IMG/VR virus record: IMGVR_UViG_2643221936_000002
Span: 1,699-65,698 of that record
Direction: 5' to 3' (one strand)
DNA from: a virus
Taxonomy: Duplodnaviria > Caudoviricetes
DNA length: 64,000 bases
A model generated the notes under the pieces. It saw nothing but the letters and a program-made list of their open reading frames with translations, was not told the DNA's origin and searched no databases. Every line of letters begins with the position of its first letter. Within the stretch, counting starts at the first letter, position 1. Positions 28,336-36,572 of this stretch are shown in pieces. Made by a program: the position numbers and the translations under genes.

Positions 28336-29072
28336 ACCCTGATTACGTTCCAGACTTCACCCATTGTGTGCTGCCATACGTGCAGTGGTACCAAGATGAC
28401 TTCGTCGGCGGTGTTCGCGGGATGAAGGCTCACGAGATCGGCATCTACACGATGCTACTCATGGAAATGTACATGCGTGGTCGGGCGCTTGACCAATCCC
28501 ACGACAGGCTTTCCCGCATGTGCGGCGCCGATCTTCGCACCTTCGAAAAGGTTCTTTCGCAGCTCATACCTGATGGGAAAATCGTCAAGTTGAACTGCGG
28601 CTATTGGAATGAACGATGCGAAAATGCGTTCAGGTCACGCGCAAAAATGCAGGAGCAGCTATCAATCGCGTCTCGGCAGTCGTGGCAAAAACGCAGAAAA
28701 AACAATGGCCCAGATATGCCTCTGCATAGCGATTGCATAGCGGATGCAAAGCGAAACTCAGAAGCTCAGAATATAATAAAAGAAACACCTAAAGGTGTTT
28801 CCAAAAAACGCGCCTCAAGGCTTTCGCCGGATTGGCAGTGCCCGGATGATTGGATCGATGAAGCGGTAAAAGCTGGTCTGAAGCGAGACAAGGCAGTTTC
28901 AGAGTCAGTTCGAATGCGGGATTGGTCACTTTCCAGCACCAACGGCAAGAAGATAGATTGGCGCGCCGCGTGGCGGAATTGGTACAAGGATAAACTCGAA
29001 AAGTTGCCGACCGGCAACGGGCGCGGTGCCGACGGTCACCTGACCAACGATTTCCTTTTCGGAGGTCGTTGA
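28332..29072 (+). CDS. DUF1376/YdaU-like replication initiator
   Basis: LPYVQWYQDDFVGGVRGMKAHEIGIYTMLLMEMY; C-terminal RLSPDW...KKIDWRAAWRNW. Confidence 0.8.
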   Translation: MNPDYVPDFTHCVLPYVQWYQDDFVGGVRGMKAHEIGIYTMLLMEMYMRGRALDQSHDRLSRMCGADLRTFEKVLSQLIPDGKIVKLNCGYWNERCENAFRSRAKMQEQLSIASRQSWQKRRKNNGPDMPLHSDCIADAKRNSEAQNIIKETPKGVSKKRASRLSPDWQCPDDWIDEAVKAGLKRDKAVSESVRMRDWSLSSTNGKKIDWRAAWRNWYKDKLEKLPTGNGRGADGHLTNDFLFGGR

Positions 29073-29073
29073 C

Positions 29074-30810
29074 ATGGTCGACACCAGAGCCGCCCTTGCC
29101 GAACACAATATCCGCCTCCGTAGCGAAAGCCCCGGCAGCCACAAGACCATTTGCCCAAGCTGCAGTTCTTCCCGCCGCAAGAAGAACGATCCCTGCCTCT
29201 CGGTTACCGTTGAAGGCGATGGTCGAGCGCTCTGGAAATGCCATCACTGTGGATTTGCTGGCGCTACTGCGGGCGAGGGTTATCGTCCAGCGCGCGAACG
29301 TCGCGTGTACCGCAAGCCCGTCCGGCCAGCGCGGCGTGAACGCCCGGATACGCTCCTGGCATGGTTTGAGAAGCGCGGCATCAGCCCCGAGACGGTTGTC
29401 AACTTCGGCATCCACAAAACGCGCCACTGGTTTCCGCAGACCGAGAAGGAAGAGGATTGCATCGCCTTCCCGTACGAGTGGGACGGGGAGTTGCGGAACG
29501 TCAAGTACAGGACGGTTGATAAGAATTTTGTCCAGGAAAAAGACCCGGAGCCGGTGTTCTTCAACGCAGACACAATCGGAGCCGGCGAGGATCTGATCAT
29601 CTGCGAAGGCGAAATCGACGTCATCACGCTGCACGAGGTAGGATATCACCACATCGTGTCCCTGCCTAATGGAGCCCCCAAGGGGCCAGAGACAAGCGAC
29701 AAGCGGTACGAGCCATTCGGCACGCATTGGGATTTGCTGACGAAGGTCAAGCGTGTCCTGATCGCAAGCGACATGGACGAGCCCGGCGAAAACCTCGCAC
29801 AGGAAATCGCCAAGCGGATCGGACGTGATCGCTGCTATCGTGTGAAGATGCCAGCTGGCAGCAAGGACGCCAACGAGTGTCTGATGAAGTTCGGCGCTGA
29901 CGCATTGCGTGCGGCCGTTGACGGTGCGGAGCCTTGGCCGATCGAAGGGCTACACGATATTGACGAGTTTTTCGCCGAGGTTATGGACCTTTACGACGGC
30001 AAGGGCCCGCAGCCGTTATCCACCGGATGGCCGGAAATGGACCGAGCCTTCAAGTACATTCCCGGGCAGTTCATTGCGGTAACAGGCATACCGAACCACG
30101 GCAAGTCGAGGTGGCTGTCGCAGGTCATCGTGCAGTCGGCGCGCCTGCGAGAGGAAAAATGGGCGATCTTTTCACCGGAGACCGGCCACGCCAACCAGAT
30201 CGCGGACCTGTCTGAAATCTGGGCTGGCAATCCTTTCTACGATGGCCCGAGCATGCGCATGACGCGCGAAGATGCCGCCAACGCCATGATGTGGTTGCGA
30301 GAGAGGGTTTACCTGCTTGGCACGCTCGAACATACGCCGTCGATAGACTGGTTGTTGGAGCGGGCGCGCGCCGCCGTGATCCGGTACGGCGTGAGAAATA
30401 TCGTCCTCGACCCATACAACGAGATCGAGGCATCGAGACCCGATAACCTGACCGAGACCGAGTTCGTTTCGCAACTGATAGCCAAGTGCAAGCGGTTCGG
30501 GAAGCTACACGACTGCACGGTCTGGATGGTTATCCATCCGCGCAAGCTCGGAAGCCCTGTGGACGGCAAGGAGCCGGTCCCGCAGCTCTACGATCTCGCC
30601 GGCAGCGCGCATTGGCGCAACAAAGCCGACGCCGGCATCGTGGTATATCGAGACTACGAAAAGAACGTCACCTTCGTCATCGCACAGAAGATCAGGCGGC
30701 AGCCGATGTGCGGGAATGTTGGGTCAGTTCGCCTAGAATTTGTCGGTGCCGAGCGCCGCTTCCATGCAATTCCTGCCAGCTACCAACCCCTTGGGAGGGA
30801 AGACATATGA
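29074..30810 (+). CDS. Bifunctional primase-helicase (T7 gp4/Twinkle-like)
   Basis: Zn finger CPSC...CHHC, TOPRIM CEGEID / DMDEPG / KDANE, Walker A GIPNHGKS, LDPYNEI, GSAHWRNKAD. Confidence 0.9.
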   Translation: MVDTRAALAEHNIRLRSESPGSHKTICPSCSSSRRKKNDPCLSVTVEGDGRALWKCHHCGFAGATAGEGYRPARERRVYRKPVRPARRERPDTLLAWFEKRGISPETVVNFGIHKTRHWFPQTEKEEDCIAFPYEWDGELRNVKYRTVDKNFVQEKDPEPVFFNADTIGAGEDLIICEGEIDVITLHEVGYHHIVSLPNGAPKGPETSDKRYEPFGTHWDLLTKVKRVLIASDMDEPGENLAQEIAKRIGRDRCYRVKMPAGSKDANECLMKFGADALRAAVDGAEPWPIEGLHDIDEFFAEVMDLYDGKGPQPLSTGWPEMDRAFKYIPGQFIAVTGIPNHGKSRWLSQVIVQSARLREEKWAIFSPETGHANQIADLSEIWAGNPFYDGPSMRMTREDAANAMMWLRERVYLLGTLEHTPSIDWLLERARAAVIRYGVRNIVLDPYNEIEASRPDNLTETEFVSQLIAKCKRFGKLHDCTVWMVIHPRKLGSPVDGKEPVPQLYDLAGSAHWRNKADAGIVVYRDYEKNVTFVIAQKIRRQPMCGNVGSVRLEFVGAERRFHAIPASYQPLGREDI

Positions 30811-31061
30811 GCCGTGACGACGACAATCGTAATCTACTCCAGGGCGAGGTGGTCCTTTGGAGCAACAAGCAGTGGCGGGTGACCAACCTCGTCTTGGAAC
30901 AGGTTCCTGAGGACGGTGGGTGGTACTACATTTACGCGTCCGACTTGCACCGGGACATGTGGCCGGATCACATGCGGGAAAAGGGCTGGGTGGATTTTAG
31001 CAGCTTCATGGAAGCACTGACGAAGGCGCGTGAACTGCACCCGCTGAGGATTGCAGCATGA
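30807..31061 (+). CDS. Phage hypothetical protein
   Basis: ATGA coupling; WPDHMREKGWVD motif. Confidence 0.65.
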   Translation: MSRDDDNRNLLQGEVVLWSNKQWRVTNLVLEQVPEDGGWYYIYASDLHRDMWPDHMREKGWVDFSSFMEALTKARELHPLRIAA

Positions 31062-31516
31062 CCCAGATCCTCAGCGTCACCCGCAAGGGCGATCTCCATT
31101 TCGATATCACCGACCAGTTCGGCAAAACGGTAAATGGTCCGTTCGACACGAACGCCGCTGCATGGAAGGCGCTCGATCGGCTGGACAGCGCGAGCAGCAA
31201 CCAGCCGCCGGCACATCCGAAGAGCAACAAGAAGGTGTTATGGGGCAAGCCGCAGAAGAAATCGAAGAAGGCACGCCGGAAGGAACGCAAGCAGAAGGCT
31301 ATCGATCTGGCCAAGCTCGACCAGAAGATGAAGGTTAACGCCGAGAAGGCGCCCGGCTGGATTCGCCGTGGGATGATCGGCAAGTTCGACCCGGCCGGCG
31401 AGCTATCATATCGGGATCACAAGCTCGGAACGTTCGGCGCTGCTTCAGAGGTCAAGCAGATCGATCCGGCCGTTTACTTGGCCGAAAAGGCGGCGCGTGG
31501 GAGTGACAATCTGTGA
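31058..31516 (+). CDS. Phage hypothetical protein
   Basis: Coupled; GPFDTNAAAWKALDR motif. Confidence 0.65.
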   Translation: MTQILSVTRKGDLHFDITDQFGKTVNGPFDTNAAAWKALDRLDSASSNQPPAHPKSNKKVLWGKPQKKSKKARRKERKQKAIDLAKLDQKMKVNAEKAPGWIRRGMIGKFDPAGELSYRDHKLGTFGAASEVKQIDPAVYLAEKAARGSDNL

Positions 31517-31806
31517 CGATTGCCGAACGCAAAGCCCGCGAAGCTTACGACCGCGCCAACCCATGGCGGCCGATGTCAGAAGCCGAGGCCGATGGAACGA
31601 TCTGCGAGCTGCAGTTTAGCGACATGGTCGGCAGCTTCGACGCCGATAGCCGCCGATATTTCCTGACCGCTACCGGGGACTGGTTCCAGATCGATCCACC
31701 CGCTCAGGTCTACAAACCACCCATGAACTGGCGCCCCGCTCAGTTGAAAATGTCACTGGAGCGACGCGCTGTCGTCATTCGCGAAAGCCAAAGGAGGCGA
31801 GCATGA
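31513..31806 (+). CDS. Phage hypothetical protein
   Basis: Coupled; WRPMSEA...WRP motif. Confidence 0.6.
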   Translation: MTIAERKAREAYDRANPWRPMSEAEADGTICELQFSDMVGSFDADSRRYFLTATGDWFQIDPPAQVYKPPMNWRPAQLKMSLERRAVVIRESQRRRA

Positions 31807-32003
31807 GCAACGTTGTGCAACTCGGGAGCAGGAAGCCGAAGACCGAACCGGCCACGGGACCGCACTTCGCCGGCAGCCCGATCAAAGAAGCGTTCCCCGC
31901 CATGACTGTTCGTCGACCTGGTCAAATCCCTCGGAACACACCGTTCATGTTGGATGGCGAAGTTTATTTCCTGGAAGAAGATGGCCCAGAGGGTACCGCC
32001 TGA
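31803..32003 (+). CDS. Phage hypothetical protein
   Basis: GGAGG RBS; coupled. Confidence 0.6.
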   Translation: MSNVVQLGSRKPKTEPATGPHFAGSPIKEAFPAMTVRRPGQIPRNTPFMLDGEVYFLEEDGPEGTA

Positions 32004-32905
32004 TGCAGCACTTGCAAAAGACCGTTAAGCCGATTGGCGCACAAGCCGGATTTGCTGTCGTGATCCCTGACAGCATGGCAGGTTGGAAGATAATCGATCA
32101 GGGGTTTACCCTCGATCGATCCGCCGCCGCTGTCCGCGCCGCTGGCTTCGATAAAGCGCGTGTCCTCGCTGCAGTGCAGGAAGAGCAAGAGATCACCACC
32201 GTAACGACCGCCGTGCAGACGCATTACGCTGTCACCGTGGATTGGCAATCACTGTCATTGTCGGATGAGCGAGCCGAACAATGGTACGTTGTCCGCGTCG
32301 CGCCTGGCGCGCAGAAGGTAGCCGCAAAGGTCCATGACGCGCCTGAATACCGCGTTGCGGAAACCATCGTGGAACGTAATCTGCGGGAGAAGGGCGTTGA
32401 TGTATACATGCCTGCATTCTGGCAGGAGAAGCGGCTTCACCGAGGCGGAAAGCTTCGATCCCGTCGTCTCCCTTTCCTGGTTGGCTACGCCTTCATCCGG
32501 CGCAATCCGGCCCTCGGGTTCGAGGCTATCCGCAAGATTGAGGGTGTGATTGACGTGGTGTCATTCGCAGAGCGGCCGATGGTCATTTCAGAAGAGGATG
32601 TTCGCTTCCTGATGATCACGATGTTCGATCGTCATCAGTCATTCCTCTTCCAAAAGGCGCAGAACATCGAAGAGGCCCGGTTCAAGCGCCGGCAGAAGCT
32701 GAACGCCGATCTGGGGCGCCATTTGCCGAAGGGGCGCGGCCGGACCGTGTCCCTGAGAACCTATGCGAACGAGTGCATGGGGAACCTACCGAAAGCCGCA
32801 AGGAAGCGGGTTTTGGGAATAATTTCCGCAATCGATGGTCTAGAGGACGACGCAGCCCTTGATGAATTCCGCAAATCTGTATATTTTCCCAATCGGGATG
32901 ACTGA
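32003..32905 (+). CDS. NusG-like (NGN) antiterminator in the late-regulator position
   Basis: WYVVRVAPG...NLREKGVDVYMP...PFLVGYAFI...IRKIEGVIDVV...P..I. Confidence 0.85.
   Translation: MQHLQKTVKPIGAQAGFAVVIPDSMAGWKIIDQGFTLDRSAAAVRAAGFDKARVLAAVQEEQEITTVTTAVQTHYAVTVDWQSLSLSDERAEQWYVVRVAPGAQKVAAKVHDAPEYRVAETIVERNLREKGVDVYMPAFWQEKRLHRGGKLRSRRLPFLVGYAFIRRNPALGFEAIRKIEGVIDVVSFAERPMVISEEDVRFLMITMFDRHQSFLFQKAQNIEEARFKRRQKLNADLGRHLPKGRGRTVSLRTYANECMGNLPKAARKRVLGIISAIDGLEDDAALDEFRKSVYFPNRDD
32859..32887 (+). promoter_or_regulatory. Putative late promoter
   Basis: TTGATG-N17-TATTTT at the antiterminator 3' end, followed by hairpins and a T-run near 32995. Confidence 0.4.
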
Positions 32906-33004
32906 ATTCCTTGCGCCCTCCAAGCTTCGCGCTGGACAGCTGCCGGTCCCAATGCCGATCAATCGCAATCGGCGCGATGGGAAAGTTGCATCCTTTTTTC
33001 AGTC

Positions 33005-33157
33005 TTACAACTTTGTCGCTGCCTCTGCTGGTGTAGCCAGAGGCACTTCTCCGCCGAACTCGCCGTTGAAATACTTGATAGCACCGATGCTCAGGATCGA
33101 CACAACGATAAGGCCGATGATGGCCCTGCCGGCGTAGATGTTGAAAATGGCTCGCAT
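33005..33157 (-). CDS. Small single-TM moron protein, 50 aa (not in ORF track)
   Basis: MRAIFNIYAGRAIIGLIVVSILSIGAIKYFNGEFGGEVPLATPAEAATKL*; EcfG-type promoter upstream. Confidence 0.6.
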   Translation of the reverse strand: MRAIFNIYAGRAIIGLIVVSILSIGAIKYFNGEFGGEVPLATPAEAATKL

Positions 33158-33190
33158 GATAACCGCCTGGACGTCGCTTGATCATATGCA

Positions 33191-33215
33191 AACACGGCGG
33201 CGCGCGGAAGGTTCC
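33191..33215 (-). promoter_or_regulatory. EcfG/RpoE2-type promoter
   Basis: GGAAC-N16-TGTT. Confidence 0.6.
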
Positions 33216-33292
33216 GGTGGCAACTGATTGCAATTGCGATGGGAGAGCCGTCGCCCTTTTCAGCTGCGGCGGGCAGGACTATGCCCTAAGGG

Positions 33293-33433
33293 TCAAGGGC
33301 TCTGCTTCACTATACCTTGCTCTTCAGCAGGCGACTCTCCAGTGTATGGGTTGGGGTGGAGCAGGAACTGATAGACCAGGGCACCGGCAATAAGAACGAT
33401 CACTGCAACTATAAGCATGGAGCTTTTTTTCAT
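33293..33433 (-). CDS. Small single-TM moron protein, 46 aa
   Basis: AGGAGG RBS; MKKSSMLIVAVIVLIAGALVYQF. Confidence 0.7.
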   Translation of the reverse strand: MKKSSMLIVAVIVLIAGALVYQFLLHPNPYTGESPAEEQGIVKQSP

Positions 33434-33576
33434 CTGCGCCTCCTGATGGACAGCTGACGAGTGTTTAAGCGGCTTCGGGTTCCCACACGAGTTATGACGA
33501 AGCGCGCGCGCTTTGAGAGACGACATGCTAAGGCTTTTGCCACGCGGCCGTCGCTCTACAACAAGACGAAGTGGCT

Positions 33577-33672
33577 TTAGCTCAGCAAAACCACTGCAAG
33601 AATCAAACAGGCCGTCGCACTGTTCGTCAAAACGTAGATCGTGAAATCGTGGTTGTTTGAATTTCTGCGCAT
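33577..33672 (-). CDS. Small hydrophobic protein, 31 aa (not in ORF track)
   Basis: AGGAGG RBS; MRRNSNNHDFTIYVLTNSATACLILAVVLLS*. Confidence 0.55.
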   Translation of the reverse strand: MRRNSNNHDFTIYVLTNSATACLILAVVLLS

Positions 33673-33693
33673 GAACATTCCTCCTGAGGCACT

Positions 33694-33718
33694 AACCAAC
33701 ATGCCGTCGACTGGTTCC
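33694..33718 (-). promoter_or_regulatory. EcfG/RpoE2-type promoter
   Basis: GGAAC-N16-GGTT just upstream of the RBS. Confidence 0.65.
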
Positions 33719-33768
33719 ACCCGCCTCGGACGGGTTAACTGTTCATTGAGCATTACGACGATACCCCT

Positions 33769-33793
33769 AGAACTTTAGGGGTTTTGATGCGTT
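33769..33793 (+). promoter_or_regulatory. EcfG/RpoE2-type promoter (one mismatch)
   Basis: AGAAC-N16-CGTT upstream of ATG 33821. Confidence 0.5.
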
Positions 33794-33820
33794 CTTCGGC
33801 TTCACTGCAAGGGGGACTGC

Positions 33821-34135
33821 ATGAATATCTGCCGGCTCGAATGGTTGCTGGACGCGCGCGACGCGACGAGCTACCGCCGAATGTACGGACTGGTCATACT
33901 GATCATCGCGAGTAAATCTGCGACGGCGGCCGAGCGCGGGACGGCCGAGTATTTGAAGGAACTCCTGGAGGAGGTGATCGAGCTGGCAATCGCTCCTTCT
34001 GCGTCGCTCCAAGTAATTCGACATGGATTTGAGTTGCTGGTCAACGTCGTCGAGAACGAAGATGCTAAGGTGCTTCGTGAGGCGCTTGGAGCATCCGATC
34101 TCCAAGCGGTGCTCAGCGGCACGCAGGCGGCATAG
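33821..34135 (+). CDS. Hypothetical helical moron protein
   Basis: AAGGGGGA RBS, 104 aa. Confidence 0.6.
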   Translation: MNICRLEWLLDARDATSYRRMYGLVILIIASKSATAAERGTAEYLKELLEEVIELAIAPSASLQVIRHGFELLVNVVENEDAKVLREALGASDLQAVLSGTQAA

Positions 34136-34206
34136 AGATCGGGAAGGCGGGCAATCGTTCGTGAAGAACGGGTTCGCGTCCAGTCGCTCGTTCTTGGCAA
34201 GGGGAA

Positions 34207-34235
34207 CTTGAATTATTGGAATTTTGCTCCTACCT
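34207..34235 (+). promoter_or_regulatory. RpoH-type promoter
   Basis: CTTGAA-N16-CCTACCT, compared with the rhizobial consensus CTTGAA-N16-CCTATAT. Confidence 0.6.
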
Positions 34236-34272
34236 CGTGCCCCGTCAAACGCGTTCGAGAAAGGAGATGACG

Positions 34273-34566
34273 ATGGCAGACCATCTGTTTGACGCCCCAC
34301 TGTTCCTGAAAAAGCGCCACTATGTTCAGGAACTCGCAAGCCTCGAGGACGTCTTCGACTTCCTTGAAGATTGGCCAGAAGACGAGCGAGATACGACGTT
34401 TGAGGTGCTTGAGAAGGCATGCCGCATGGCAGCGCAAGGAATATTTCCATTGCCGGCAATCCGGGAAAATGTGCGCCGTTTCCTGATAAAGCGGCATATG
34501 CTGGCGAACATCGAGGAAGTACCGATCCTGGCAAGGCGCCAAAGCGACCAAAACATCGGGTCATAA
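34273..34566 (+). CDS. DUF982-family protein
   Basis: FDAPL...ELASLEDVFDFLEDWP.....FEVLEKACRMA; AAGGAG RBS. Confidence 0.8.
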   Translation: MADHLFDAPLFLKKRHYVQELASLEDVFDFLEDWPEDERDTTFEVLEKACRMAAQGIFPLPAIRENVRRFLIKRHMLANIEEVPILARRQSDQNIGS

Positions 34567-34592
34567 GCGCGTCTTAGGCACACAAAATGTTC

Positions 34593-34624
34593 AGCCCGTC
34601 CGCATCGCCGAGACGGGCTTTGTT
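34593..34624 (+). terminator. Intrinsic terminator
   Basis: AGCCCGTC-N11-GACGGGCT then TTGTT. Confidence 0.6.
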
Positions 34625-34687
34625 ATGCCCGACGTCACTCATTTATCGAGGTCCTCCAGCTTTATACCCAGCCCAAAAGGACACCGC

Positions 34688-34963
34688 ATGTCGGAACACC
34701 AAATCCGTTACCTCGGCGACATGCAGCGCCTAGACCTCAAGCAGGGCGACCGTTTCGTTTTGACGCTGCCCGCTCCTGCGTCGTCGGATATGGTCGCCAG
34801 ACTGCAGGAAGCATGGGCGGCCTTTGCCGATGGTGCCAAGTTGTTTGTTCTGGAGCCCGGCATGAAGATCGGCGTCATCAGCCAGTCGAGCGAGGACGAA
34901 AGCACGCCTTTGATGAGTCGTGGCGTAACCTCAACGGCCGATCTGGTTCCGTCTTTCCCGTAA
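34688..34963 (+). CDS. Phage hypothetical protein
   Basis: AAAGGA RBS. Confidence 0.6.
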   Translation: MSEHQIRYLGDMQRLDLKQGDRFVLTLPAPASSDMVARLQEAWAAFADGAKLFVLEPGMKIGVISQSSEDESTPLMSRGVTSTADLVPSFP

Positions 34964-35013
34964 CGGGTGGATCGGGAGCGCCGGCCAAGCCGCCGAAGCG
35001 GTAGGAGAGTACG

Positions 35014-35283
35014 ATGGCTGGCACTATTGAAACGAAAGCCTTCGACCCGGAAGTGCCGGACACCTACACCAGGTATTCGGAGGAAACGCCGGATGGCGGC
35101 AAGATCGTCCTCGTCCGCTACCCGGAAGGATACCGCCTTCGCCTCAATGGCGAGGTGGTTTGGCGTGAGGGAGAGGTCTCAGGGCATCAAGAGATCTTTG
35201 TGGACATTAATCCGCGCATCAGGGCGGAAGCCTATGCGGAAGTTGCGAGGCGAGGTGTCATCGGGATGGGCGCTCGTCGGTGA
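35014..35283 (+). CDS. Phage hypothetical protein
   Basis: AGGAG RBS; GTGA coupling with the HNH gene. Confidence 0.6.
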   Translation: MAGTIETKAFDPEVPDTYTRYSEETPDGGKIVLVRYPEGYRLRLNGEVVWREGEVSGHQEIFVDINPRIRAEAYAEVARRGVIGMGARR

Positions 35284-35660
35284 AGGCGTCCGATCATCGT
35301 GAATCGGCATCATCACGTGGCTATGACTGGGAGTGGCAGAAGGCAAGAGCAGCTTTCCTCTCTGAGCCTCGGAATCAACTCTGCGAACGCTGCAAGGAAC
35401 GCGGCATCCTCAACGCCGGCAATCTCAGGATGGATGGATCACCTCAGACAAACCTGCAGCGCATACACTTGGTCGTCAACCACCGCATACCGCACAAGGG
35501 CGATCAAAGACTATTTTGGGATCGGTCGAATTGGGAAGTCGCCTGTCCGGATCATCACGACATCAGGATCCAGCAGGAAGAAAGGGGCAAGGTTCGTAGC
35601 GGCACGGGCTTAGACGGTCGCCCGCTTGATCCTGCGCATCCATGGAACCAGAGATCTTAA
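35280..35660 (+). CDS. HNH endonuclease (terminase accessory, HK97 gp74-like)
   Basis: RGYDWEWQKARAAFL...CERC...VVNHRIPHKGD..LFWDRSNWEVACPDHH...DGRPLDPAHPW. Confidence 0.9.
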   Translation: MKASDHRESASSRGYDWEWQKARAAFLSEPRNQLCERCKERGILNAGNLRMDGSPQTNLQRIHLVVNHRIPHKGDQRLFWDRSNWEVACPDHHDIRIQQEERGKVRSGTGLDGRPLDPAHPWNQRS

Positions 35661-35890
35661 GCTGCCGCCGACCGTACGACTCCATAAAGACGTTCTTCTT
35701 TGATGGTTCCGTCCGACCTATGGAGCAGCGCACTGCACGGCACACCCTTCAGCCTGCTCGTAGTGCACACCCTTCGGACCTGAGCTTCGGATCCAGCCTG
35801 CGTTGGATGGGACGATAGCAGGACGCCATCAGATATCACCGCCCATCCTTCGCCTTCTTTGATCGAATGGTAGATGATGCGGTCGCCCAT
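35657..35890 (-). CDS. DUF2188-like moron
   Basis: EGWAV......SSHPTQ...LHRSDGTIKEERLYG. Confidence 0.75.
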   Translation of the reverse strand: MGDRIIYHSIKEGEGWAVISDGVLLSSHPTQAGSEAQVRRVCTTSRLKGVPCSALLHRSDGTIKEERLYGVVRSAAA

Positions 35891-36024
35891 GTCGGTTCCT
35901 ATCGGTTAAACCGGATAGATAGAGCACCGTCACCGCATATCGAGGTGGAACGTTCGAATGATCGGAGACCCAGCCTTTGAACCCCAATCCACGGTCAACG
36001 TTGGGGCATCTCTCCCCTGGTGGC

Positions 36025-36105
36025 ATGGGGGTGGGGCGAAAGTCTGGGATCGACTTGGGGGCTGACCGGTCGGGGCAGTCGTTCGCACTGGAAGCAAATT
36101 TAGGG
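36025..36105 (+). other. Probable cos/packaging region
   Basis: GGGGGTGGGGCGAAAGTCT...GACCGG tract just upstream of terS, as in HK97-like phages. Positional inference. Confidence 0.4.
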
Positions 36106-36134
36106 AGGGGGGATGTCGACCATCCCCGTAGGGG

Positions 36135-36572
36135 ATGACAACGGCATTTGGTGAAATCCTCGGGGGCGATGGTTCCCCGCCTGAACCAGACTGGGCTTCG
36201 ATCTACGCCGACGAGTTCGATATTCTCGAAGCGCACGAGCAGTGGTCGATCGTTCTCAACGAATTGCGAGACGCCCACACCCTGGCCGTATCGAACGGCC
36301 ATGCCATCAAGCGCCTTGTCGAGTTTCGAGTTCAATATGAGAGATCGTCTAAGCATGTCGCCGAGCACGGCCCGGTCCTCAAGGGAAAGCGGGCTAAGGT
36401 CGGCCAGTGGAACCCGCACTGGTCGGTGATGCGGCAGGCCGATGAGGCGATCCGCGTGATCGAGGCGGAGCTTGGGATCGCCCCGGCGCGGAGAGGCAAG
36501 GTAACGAAGGTGCAGCGTGGCAAGAAAACCTCTCGCGCGGCGGACGGCTACCTCAAGCCAGTATCCGGGTGA
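36135..36572 (+). CDS. terS: Terminase small subunit (P27 family)
   Basis: VAEHGPV....WNPHWSVM...EAELGIAPARRGKV. Confidence 0.85.
   Translation: MTTAFGEILGGDGSPPEPDWASIYADEFDILEAHEQWSIVLNELRDAHTLAVSNGHAIKRLVEFRVQYERSSKHVAEHGPVLKGKRAKVGQWNPHWSVMRQADEAIRVIEAELGIAPARRGKVTKVQRGKKTSRAADGYLKPVSG

Noticed and set aside
33456-33483. EcfG promoter for the 46-aa gene
   Set aside because: GGAAC is present but there is no NGTT at 16-17 nt spacing.
35932-35956. EcfG promoter for the DUF2188-like gene
   Set aside because: CGAAC-N16-CGGT has two mismatches; too weak.
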